Positions 23,705 through 30,654 of a DNA stretch of 32,000 bases are shown here, piece by piece; the stretch's first letter is position 1, and every line of letters begins with the position of its first letter. The stretch is from positions 90,001-122,000 of the forward strand of contig OY969931.1 of assembly GCA_963704705.1 (NCBI GenBank), read 5' to 3'. The notes under the pieces are model-generated. The model was not told the origin of the DNA. It saw only the letters and a program-made list of their open reading frames with translations, and did no database searches. Origin of the DNA: an uncultured bacterium. GTDB taxonomy: Bacteria; Patescibacteriota; Gracilibacteria; UBA1369; PNNO01. Made by a program: the position numbers and the translations under genes.

Positions 23705-24115
23705 ATGGTCGGTTTTGAATCAATCAATTTTCTGGCAATTTTTGTTGCTGGCTTGTCAGCTTTTGTGCTTGGCAGCCTTTGGTATTCACCACTGCTTTTT
23801 GGTGATCTTTGGAAAAAACTAGCAGGAACAAAAAAGGGAAAAAAAGATAAATACATATGGCTCCGATTTCTGATTTATTTAATTGGAATGCTTGTTATGT
23901 CGTTTGTGCTTGCGCATTTTTTAATTTTTGCAGCTGCCGTTACTTATGTTGAAGGCTTGATAACAGCATTTTGGCTCTGGCTTGGTTTTATTGCTCCTAT
24001 TACTATCGGTGGTGTTCTTTGGGAGAAAAAATCAATCAGTCTTTTTGCGTTAAATAATGCATATAATTTAATTGCGCTTGGATTGATGGCAACTATTTTA
24101 ATTGCAATGTCGTAA
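23705..24115 (+). CDS. DUF1761 family membrane protein
   Basis: 136 aa. INFLAIFVAGLSAFVLGSLWYSPLLFGDLWKKLAG is the characteristic DUF1761 N-terminal motif. 4 TM helices. Confidence 0.8.
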   Translation: MVGFESINFLAIFVAGLSAFVLGSLWYSPLLFGDLWKKLAGTKKGKKDKYIWLRFLIYLIGMLVMSFVLAHFLIFAAAVTYVEGLITAFWLWLGFIAPITIGGVLWEKKSISLFALNNAYNLIALGLMATILIAMS

Positions 24116-24808
24116 ATGAAAACATCGGATATTCAGAAAGAATTAAAAGCTTTGGTTACCCCTGGGAAAGCTGAACTTTTAGCTCGGTTTTTTAAAACCG
24201 GAAAAGGGGAATATGGAGAAGGCGATATTTTTATCGGGGTTATGGTTCCTCAAATTCGTGAAGCTGCAAAAAAATTTAAAGAAATTTCACTTATTGAATT
24301 GCAAAAATTAATTCAGAGCGAAATACACGAAGAACGGCTTTGTGCAGCCTTAATTTTAACATATAAAAAACTTGGCAAAGACATTGTGGATTTTTATTTG
24401 CGAAATACCAAGTACTTAAATAATTGGGATATTATTGATTTAACAGCTCCGAGAATTTTAGGAAATTGGATGTTGGAGAATAAAAATGATAGAAAAATTT
24501 TGTATAAATTCGCAAAATCGAAATCTTTATGGGAGAGAAGGATCGCTGTACTTTCAACTTTTATGTTTATAAGAGAGCGTGATTTTTCCGATTCGTTTGC
24601 CATTAGCGAAATTTTACTTAATGATACACATGATCTAATACATAAAGCGGTTGGCTGGATGCTGCGCGAAATAGGAAAACGTGATCAAAAAACAGAAGAA
24701 AAATTTCTGCAAAAATACTATAAAAAAATGCCGCGAACTATGTTAAGATACGCTATTGAACGGTTCGAAGAAACTAAACGAAAATCTTATTTAAATGGAA
24801 CTAAATAA
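24116..24808 (+). CDS. DNA alkylation repair protein (AlkD/AlkC-like HEAT-repeat DNA glycosylase family)
   Basis: 230 aa. AELLARFFKTGKGEYGEGDIFIGV.VPQIR..AKKF...NNWDIIDL.AP.ILG...LWERRIAVLSTF...HDLIHKAVGWMLREIGKRD matches the DNA_alkylation family pattern. The ATG directly abuts the previous stop codon. Confidence 0.85.
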   Translation: MKTSDIQKELKALVTPGKAELLARFFKTGKGEYGEGDIFIGVMVPQIREAAKKFKEISLIELQKLIQSEIHEERLCAALILTYKKLGKDIVDFYLRNTKYLNNWDIIDLTAPRILGNWMLENKNDRKILYKFAKSKSLWERRIAVLSTFMFIRERDFSDSFAISEILLNDTHDLIHKAVGWMLREIGKRDQKTEEKFLQKYYKKMPRTMLRYAIERFEETKRKSYLNGTK

Positions 24809-25607
24809 TGTACTGATAGCTTTCGGACTCACTTTATTTGCAGGTCTTTCTACGGGAATCGGCAGCGCTTTGGCTTTTTTTACAAAGCACACTAATAAAA
24901 AAGCTTTGTCTGTAGCTCTGGGTTTTTCTGCCGGAGTCATGATTTATGTTTCTTTTATTGAGATTTTTCCTGAAGCAAAAAATCATTTAATGCTTACACA
25001 GGGTGATTTTAATGGCAGGTGGATTGCAGTTGGGGCTTTTTTTCTTGGAATATTTTTGGCTGCAATTATAGACAGAGTGATTCCTTCTTTTGAAAATCCA
25101 CATGAACTTCATACTGTTGAAGAATTAGAAAAACATAAAGATAAACGCGAATGTAAAAGGTTAATGAGAATGGGGATTTTTGTTGCCTTGGCAATTGCAA
25201 TACATAATTTTCCTGAGGGATTTGCAACTTTTGCATCTGCGCTTATTGATTTAAAGCTTGGTATCGCCATTGCAATCGCTATTGCTATACATAATATCCC
25301 TGAGGGTATTGCTATATCATTTCCTATTTATTGCGCTACAAATAATAAGAAAAAGGCATTCGTATATTCATTTTTATCCGGATTAACTGAACCATTAGGT
25401 GCTTTGGTCGGCTATTTTATTTTGCTTCCTTATTTGAATGATACTGTTTTAGGAATAGTTTTGGGAGCGGTTGCCGGACTTATGGTTTTTATTTCATTGG
25501 ATGAATTGGTCCCTGCTTCCCGCGAATTTGGCCATCCGCATTTGGCAATTTATGGCTTAATTGCCGGAATGAGCATAATGGCACTTAGCCTTCTGTTGGC
25601 TATTTAA
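24795..25607 (+). CDS. zupT: ZIP-family zinc transporter ZupT
   Basis: 270 aa. LFAGLSTGIGSALAFF, duplicated AIAIHNFPEG/AIAIHNIPEGIA metal-binding motifs, and a C-terminal SLDELVPA. Confidence 0.9.
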   Translation: MELNNVLIAFGLTLFAGLSTGIGSALAFFTKHTNKKALSVALGFSAGVMIYVSFIEIFPEAKNHLMLTQGDFNGRWIAVGAFFLGIFLAAIIDRVIPSFENPHELHTVEELEKHKDKRECKRLMRMGIFVALAIAIHNFPEGFATFASALIDLKLGIAIAIAIAIHNIPEGIAISFPIYCATNNKKKAFVYSFLSGLTEPLGALVGYFILLPYLNDTVLGIVLGAVAGLMVFISLDELVPASREFGHPHLAIYGLIAGMSIMALSLLLAI

Positions 25608-25664
25608 ATTATAATTGACAAATTAAATAAATATGTTAGAATAAACTCAGTGTGAATTTTGACA

Positions 25665-25989
25665 TCGGGTTTTTTAACCCAAGGAGGATAGTGTGATGCT
25701 GAATTTCATGGGAATGGTAATCCATCTGGTCGCGGACTACATGCCCATCGATGGAGAGTCGACAGGATTCGTCCATCTCAACGCATACCCAGACCCGCTT
25801 CATCCCGGTCAGTTCACTATCCACGAGTGGCTGAGCCGCAGCTCCATCCTGGAGCCGTGGATCAAGTCGTACTGTCTCGTGCCGAACGCCTGCAACTAGC
25901 CGACAGTTCTGCCGGACACCCGCCGTTCACATGGGGCTAGCTCTAAAGCTGCCCCCACCTCTGTCGATGAAATCGGCACTGATGAGTTC
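25665..25989. other. Compositionally anomalous GC-rich island (~56% G+C) in the convergent zupT/lgt intergenic gap
   Basis: Hand count gives 169 G+C in the 300 nt from 25681 to 25980, against 22/60 for 25561-25620. The right edge abuts the lgt stop codon at 25990-25992. Confidence 0.8.
25693..25899 (+). CDS. Small hypothetical protein (67-68 aa) of foreign-looking composition, possibly a remnant of a longer gene
   Basis: AAGGAGGA at 25681-25688, then GTG 25693 / ATG 25696. Third codon positions are ~80% G/C and second positions ~40% (ttc atc gac tac ctc aac ccg ...). Ends at TAG 25897-25899. The peptide MMLNFMGMVIHLVADYMPIDGESTGFVHLNAYPDPLHPGQFTIHEWLSRSSILEPWIKSYCLVPNACN is not recognised. 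Confidence 0.5.
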   Translation: MMLNFMGMVIHLVADYMPIDGESTGFVHLNAYPDPLHPGQFTIHEWLSRSSILEPWIKSYCLVPNACN

Positions 25990-26772
25990 TTACTTCTTTT
26001 TACGCCAGAACGAAAGGTAAATAAAATATCCAACAGCAATTAATACAGGCAGAATGCTTAGCCACTGCCCCATCGATAAAGGAATGTCATAACTAAGTAC
26101 ATGCCTTTCTTTCCAAAATTCAACAATAAATCTCGTAATAAAATAAAGGAAAATATATAAAAATAAAATAAATAATGGCGGCAGTTTTTTAAACCATTTT
26201 AAATAAACAAATAACAACACAAAAAAAATCGCGAAACTTAAAGCCGATTCATATAATTGAGAAGGATGTCTTGGAAATTCTTCTCCCAATTTTTGAAATA
26301 CAACTCCCCAGCTGCCATCAGTTGGACGGCCAACAATCTCGCTGTTAAAAAAATTCCCTATTCTTACAAAGCCTGAAGTGATTGGAAAACCTATGACCAA
26401 TAAATCCAGATAAAATGTGAATTTTTTTTTGTGTATCCAAATCCATAATAAATAAGCGACCAAGAGACCAATTGCTGCGCCGTGGCTTGCCAGACCGCCT
26501 TTCCAAATCATAATGATTTCCAAAGGATTCTGAAGATAATACGTGAGATCATAAAACACAATGTGGCCGAGTCGCGCTCCAACAACCATACCTACAAATA
26601 AATAAAGCGCCACACTTTCCAGATCGCGCACATCCAGTTTTTCACGTTTAAAAATCCATCTTAAAACCAAATAGGTCAGCACAAGCCCGATTACAAACAA
26701 AAGGCCGTACCACCGTAGTGATAGCGGCCCCAAGTTAGCAATAATCGGAGATATATCGTGATAAAAAATCAA
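25990..26772 (-). CDS. lgt: Prolipoprotein diacylglyceryl transferase Lgt
   Basis: 260 aa. LSLRWYGLLFVIGL...GARLGHIVFY...WKGGLASHGAAIG...GNFFNSEIVGRPT...HPSQLYES are the Lgt signature blocks. Confidence 0.92.
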   Translation of the reverse strand: MIFYHDISPIIANLGPLSLRWYGLLFVIGLVLTYLVLRWIFKREKLDVRDLESVALYLFVGMVVGARLGHIVFYDLTYYLQNPLEIIMIWKGGLASHGAAIGLLVAYLLWIWIHKKKFTFYLDLLVIGFPITSGFVRIGNFFNSEIVGRPTDGSWGVVFQKLGEEFPRHPSQLYESALSFAIFFVLLFVYLKWFKKLPPLFILFLYIFLYFITRFIVEFWKERHVLSYDIPLSMGQWLSILPVLIAVGYFIYLSFWRKKK

Positions 26773-26773
26773 A

Positions 26774-27259
26774 TTAAATATTTTTTAGATCTTCTTCTAT
26801 TTGCTGTAAATCATCCTCGTGCTCAATTTCATCTTTTAAAATAGCTAATGCCATTTCGTAAGTTGTAACATCTTTATCTTTCGTCATGTCAGAAAGATCT
26901 TTGTAAACCTGTATTGCGCACTGTTCACCTTTAATATTTTGAGCAAGGATTTTTTTAATTGCAGGATCAGATGGTGCTGCATAGCCGCAGTTTGTTTTGT
27001 CATACCATTCTTTTGGTTCTAAAATAGGTGTTCCTCCAAGTTGAATTATTCTCATTGCAAGCATATCTGCGTGCCTAAGCTCATCAGCTGCGTGCTGAAT
27101 TAATTCTGCAACTGCTTCGCCTCGCATTGGACCTGAAATAACTTTTGAACCTACCCAGTATTGGTAGTATGCAAGCCATTCATCAGCAAGAGCTTTGTTT
27201 AATATGTCGATTAATTCTTTAACATCGAGGTCAAGAATTTCAATGCCTTTTGTTCCCAT
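26774..27259 (-). CDS. Ferritin-like di-iron protein, Dps-like/bacterioferritin-related (DPSL-type, with a Cys pair)
   Basis: Called from the internal Met MGTKGIEILDLDVKELIDILNKALADEWLAYYQYW (ATG 27259..27257). The 38-codon upstream extension in the track ORF (to 27373) is low-complexity hydrophobic and overlaps the divergent gene. Di-iron ligand motifs are E..(A)YY.YW, AADELRHADML and EIEHEDDL. Cysteines occur in NCGYAAP and GEQCAIQVY. The stop lies 1 nt from the lgt start, so the two are probably co-transcribed. Confidence 0.75.
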   Translation of the reverse strand: MGTKGIEILDLDVKELIDILNKALADEWLAYYQYWVGSKVISGPMRGEAVAELIQHAADELRHADMLAMRIIQLGGTPILEPKEWYDKTNCGYAAPSDPAIKKILAQNIKGEQCAIQVYKDLSDMTKDKDVTTYEMALAILKDEIEHEDDLQQIEEDLKNI

Positions 27260-27896
27260 GATTAATTTGGTTAATAAAATTACATATAACAGTATCTCAT
27301 TATTGAGAAATTTTTCAAGGTGTGTAATAATTAAATTTGTGGCTAAAATAATTATAAAAAAATCAATTCGCAAAACAATATCGTTGTCTGTTGAAGAGGA
27401 CGGGATTGTTTTGGCGAGAGCACCAAGGTATGTTTCGAATAAACAGATTGAAGATTTTATATACGAAAAAAAATCATGGATTAATAAAAGACTTGCGGAA
27501 ATGAAGGAAAGAAAAGAAAAAGCTCAAAGATTCAATGATTTGATTGATCCGAATAAAACAATTTATTATCGCGAAAAAGCACGTTCACTTTTAACGGATC
27601 GAACCGATTATTATGCTGAAAAATTTGGCCTTAAATATAACGGTATACGAATTAATGGCGCAAGAACACGCTGGGGTTCATGCAATTATAAAAATGGCCT
27701 AAACTTCAATTGGAAGATTTTATTTGCACCTCCTCAGGTTATGGATTATTTGGTTGTGCATGAGCTTGCACACACAATCCATAAAAATCACAAAAAATTA
27801 TTTTGGAATAAAGTTGCTTTAATGCATCCGGAACATAAAGAATCACGCAAATGGCTTAGGCAGAATCAGCATTTACTTGAGGCAAAATTATCCTAG
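27258..27896 (+). CDS. YgjP-like/DUF45 (M48-related, SprT-like) metal-dependent hydrolase
   Basis: KKSIRKTISLSVEEDGIVLARAP...IEDFIYEKKSWINKRL, then RINGARTRWGSC and the zinc motif VVHELAHTIHKNHKKLFW. The start is uncertain: the track TTG at 27195 overlaps the ferritin-like gene, and the alternatives are ATG 27258, TTG 27303 and GTG 27339. Confidence 0.75.
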   Translation: MINLVNKITYNSISLLRNFSRCVIIKFVAKIIIKKSIRKTISLSVEEDGIVLARAPRYVSNKQIEDFIYEKKSWINKRLAEMKERKEKAQRFNDLIDPNKTIYYREKARSLLTDRTDYYAEKFGLKYNGIRINGARTRWGSCNYKNGLNFNWKILFAPPQVMDYLVVHELAHTIHKNHKKLFWNKVALMHPEHKESRKWLRQNQHLLEAKLS

Positions 27897-28791
27897 GGAA
27901 AACATGATATAAATATGCGATAAACACACTTAATAAAAATATTGCACTTAAGTATTCATGGAATAAATTTATCGCGAGTTCAGGTGAATAAAAAGCGCCA
28001 ACCGAAACAATAATCGCGATTCGAATAATGTTTAGAATAAACAGCACTACCAATCCGGCGAAAAGTGCCAGAGCAGCTTTTAATGAATTAATTTTGGCTT
28101 TTTTCTTTATCATCATCAATGCCGCAACAAATAAAAAGCTAAAAGTAACCATTGAATAAATTCCCGAACACGTTGCCCCGACAATAACTTCAAACTTTTC
28201 CATACGAACCAAAAGCTGGCTTGGATCAATAGTCACCAGTTTTGAAAATAATGGCAGAACAAATGCAAGTGCGGATAAAATTACACCTGAAAAATATATC
28301 CAAAGTGATTCAAGAAGTATATCGCTGGCAGTATAAAGTGTGATTACATAAGTAAGCAAAAATAATTCTGATGAGAATTTTTTAATGAATTTAACATTGA
28401 ATATCGCGCAGAATAAAAATATAAAACCCAGAAACAGAGGATAATAATAAATAAAAGTTCCAGGTACGTTGTCACCGAAAAACAAATAAACTCCTCTTAA
28501 CGGTAAAAGAAAAACCGTTATTGCTGCTATACTGAAAAGAAGCGTTTGCCAAAATTTGTTTTTAATTGGCTCCATTTCTTTAAGTTGCTTCCATCTAAAA
28601 AGCACAAAGAGCGAAACAACCGGATACATCAAATAAATAAAGTATGGTTGATAAAAACTTTGTTTATAGCCAAGAAATCTAGAAGTAAATTCAGAATGAT
28701 ATGTGAAAATCAGTGCATATAGCACCAGAAACAATCCAAGCCGCACAAAAAATCCAAAGGTTTTATGATTTTTAATTTTTGCCAAATTCAT
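27856..28791 (-). CDS. Exosortase/archaeosortase (EpsH) family polytopic membrane protein
   Basis: 311 aa with ~8 TM helices. VIVGATCSGIYSM (Cys208 in the family CSG context), LNIIRIAII (Arg257) and LFHEYLSAIF (His278) occur in the order and approximate spacing of the exosortase/archaeosortase conserved residues. The 3' end overlaps the DUF45 gene by 41 nt (convergent). Confidence 0.65.
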   Translation of the reverse strand: MNLAKIKNHKTFGFFVRLGLFLVLYALIFTYHSEFTSRFLGYKQSFYQPYFIYLMYPVVSLFVLFRWKQLKEMEPIKNKFWQTLLFSIAAITVFLLPLRGVYLFFGDNVPGTFIYYYPLFLGFIFLFCAIFNVKFIKKFSSELFLLTYVITLYTASDILLESLWIYFSGVILSALAFVLPLFSKLVTIDPSQLLVRMEKFEVIVGATCSGIYSMVTFSFLFVAALMMIKKKAKINSLKAALALFAGLVVLFILNIIRIAIIVSVGAFYSPELAINLFHEYLSAIFLLSVFIAYLYHVFPRIILPQVNADSA

Positions 28792-28942
28792 AATTTTTTG
28801 TTTTTTATATCCTGATTATTATAGCATTTTTGGCTTAAACTTGCAATGTTTAGACAATAGAGTAAAATTAATATATTAAGAAAATATAAAATTCAAAAAT
28901 AATTAATGCCAACAGGCATAATAAAAAAATAACCCAATAATT

Positions 28943-29527
28943 ATGGAACACAAAACTATTGAGCTGCCATATGCATTCGATGCCTTGGAGCCTCATATCG
29001 ACGCAAAGACCATGGAGGTTCATTATTCCAAACACCATCAGGGATATGCCGCTAAAATGAATGAAGTTTTAGCAAAATATCCAAACCTTGCGGATGAAGA
29101 TCCTGAAGAATTATTAAAAAAAGTTGATTCTCTGGATATGGATGTTGTGGATAAACAAAAATTTATTAATTTCGGCGGAGGATTTGTAAATCATAATCTC
29201 TTCTGGTCAGTAATGGGACCTGAAAAACAAATTGACGAAAATCTTGTTGCGCAAATTGAAAAAACATTTGGCAGCATGGACGCATTCAAAGAAAAATTTA
29301 ATGGCCTTGCCGGAACTTTATTTGGCAGCGGATGGACATGGTTAGTAAAAGACCCAGAAGGAGAACTTGAAGTATACAACCTTCCTAATCAGGATTCACC
29401 TTTATCAAAAGGTCACACACCTATTTTAACTTTGGATGTTTGGGAGCATGCTTACTACCTTAAATACCAAAACCGCAGACCCGAATATATTGATGCGTGG
29501 TGGAATGTTGTGAAAATGATACCTTAA
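28943..29527 (+). CDS. sodA: Superoxide dismutase, Mn-type signature
   Basis: 194 aa. LPYAFDALEPHIDAKTMEVHYSKHH, GGGFVNHNLFW, NQDSPL and LDVWEHAYYLKYQNRRPEYI. The GG..NH and NQD patterns are the Mn-type discriminators. Confidence 0.92.
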   Translation: MEHKTIELPYAFDALEPHIDAKTMEVHYSKHHQGYAAKMNEVLAKYPNLADEDPEELLKKVDSLDMDVVDKQKFINFGGGFVNHNLFWSVMGPEKQIDENLVAQIEKTFGSMDAFKEKFNGLAGTLFGSGWTWLVKDPEGELEVYNLPNQDSPLSKGHTPILTLDVWEHAYYLKYQNRRPEYIDAWWNVVKMIP

Positions 29528-30585
29528 TAAAGATTGATATATTTTATTTGTAGTTTATCAGAGCCGAAGCTTAACGCTTCGGCTTTTTTATAAGGAATAT
29601 CCGTGTTAATTGAAGGAATGCCTTTATCAAATTTTTGCTCTGCTGTGAAAATTTGTATTTGATCAACCAATCCCGCTTCCAAAAATGACTTCCAAATTTG
29701 CGGTCCGCCTTCAGCTAAAATAGAACTTATATTTAATGTCGCAAGTTTTTCGAGCATATCCTTCAAATCAACATGGCCGCCCTTTGATTTGCATTTTATA
29801 ACTTTAATATTGTGCGGATTTTGAAATTTCGTATCTTCTCCGACTAACCAGATTGTTTTTTCAGCATATTCATCCGTGAGGATTTTTTTTGATGAGCTTA
29901 TCATCTCAGCGTGGGTATCCAAAACAAGCCTCAGCGGTTGCCGTCCGGTTACATGCCGAATAGTCAGCTCCGGATTATCCTTTATTAGAGTGGTTTTCCC
30001 GATTAGTACGGCGTCATACCAAGCTCTCATTTCGTGAACAAAAGTTCTGCTTTTCTGATTTGTGATGTGCGGGCAGGAGCCATCCGGGTATGCAATGAAG
30101 TGGTCAGATGTTTGTGCAATTTTTAAGGTAACATATGGAAGCCCTGTTTTAATAAATTTAAAGAAAAATTGATTAAGCAAAATGCATTCTTCTTCTAAAA
30201 TTCCGGTTTCAACTTCAATTCCTGCTTTTTGAAGTGCTTCCACACCTCTTCCAGAAACCTGTTTATTTGGATCAAGACTACCCACAACAACATTACTTAT
30301 TTTTTCTTTGATAATTCTTTCAGTACATGGGCTTGTTTTGCCTTTAAAGCAGCATGGTTCCAAATTAACATAAAGAACTGCGCCTTCTGCCCCCCCTTTT
30401 ATTTTATCCAGAGCATCGATTTCTGCATGTTTGTCTCCGAATTTATGATGATAGCCTTCGGCTAAAATTTTACCGTCTTTTACAACAACACAACCAACCA
30501 AAGGATTTGGGCTTGTTAATCCCTTTCCTTTTGAAGCAAGTTCTATGCATTTTTTTATATAATCTTTTTTATCCATGGCCTTCAT
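29524..30585 (-). CDS. ribD: Bifunctional riboflavin biosynthesis protein RibD (pyrimidine deaminase/uracil reductase)
   Basis: 353 aa. CMP/dCMP deaminase zinc motif HAEIDAL...LEPCCFKGKTSPC, then the RibD_C reductase domain (VTLKIAQTSD...AVLIGKTTL..DNP.LT.R...EGGPQIWKSFLEAGLVD). Confidence 0.9.
   Translation of the reverse strand: MKAMDKKDYIKKCIELASKGKGLTSPNPLVGCVVVKDGKILAEGYHHKFGDKHAEIDALDKIKGGAEGAVLYVNLEPCCFKGKTSPCTERIIKEKISNVVVGSLDPNKQVSGRGVEALQKAGIEVETGILEEECILLNQFFFKFIKTGLPYVTLKIAQTSDHFIAYPDGSCPHITNQKSRTFVHEMRAWYDAVLIGKTTLIKDNPELTIRHVTGRQPLRLVLDTHAEMISSSKKILTDEYAEKTIWLVGEDTKFQNPHNIKVIKCKSKGGHVDLKDMLEKLATLNISSILAEGGPQIWKSFLEAGLVDQIQIFTAEQKFDKGIPSINTDIPYKKAEALSFGSDKLQIKYINLY
29562..29589 (+). 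terminator. Rho-independent terminator of sodA, embedded in the 3' coding end of convergent ribD
   Basis: AGCCGAAGC-TTAAC-GCTTCGGCT (perfect 9-bp stem) followed by TTTTT. Confidence 0.8.
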
Positions 30586-30654
30586 TCTAGAAAAAATTCA
30601 AAAACAATACAAATTAATGTATAATTTTTAATTGAGTATTCTTAACCGACGATT

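Noticed and set aside
25636-25824. Minus-strand 62-aa ORF inside the GC-rich island
   Set aside because: Its third codon positions show only modest G/C enrichment and it has no ribosome-binding site. The overlapping plus-strand frame has a perfect SD and a much stronger GC3 > GC1 > GC2 gradient, so the minus ORF is most likely its shadow.
25665-25989. GC-rich island as a known housekeeping RNA (RNase P RNA, tmRNA, SRP RNA), since GC-rich patches in AT-rich genomes are often structured RNAs
   Set aside because: I looked on both strands for GAGGAAAGUCC and ACAGAA..GGCUUA (RNase P), a GGGG 5' end with a tRNA-like GGUUCGAnUCC...CCA 3' end (tmRNA), and GGUCCGGAAGGAAGCAGCC (SRP). The only resemblance is CAGAACUGUCGGCUAG on the minus strand (~25894-25909), which is in the wrong place and lacks a partner motif. 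The codon-position signal favours coding. A novel RNA is not fully excluded, so cmscan should be run.
26774-27373. Long (199-aa) form of the ferritin-like ORF
   Set aside because: The first 38 codons (MRIDFFIIILATNLIITHLEKFLNNEILLYVILLTKLI) are AT-driven hydrophobic filler, are not part of ferritin-like folds, and overlap the divergent DUF45 gene. The internal Met at 27259 gives a normal-length four-helix-bundle protein.
28903-28922. Inverted repeat ATGCC-AACA-GGCAT upstream of sodA as a PerR/Fur-type operator
   Set aside because: Only 5 bp pair, and the sequence does not resemble the Fur or PerR box consensus. This is within chance expectation for a 150-nt AT-rich spacer.
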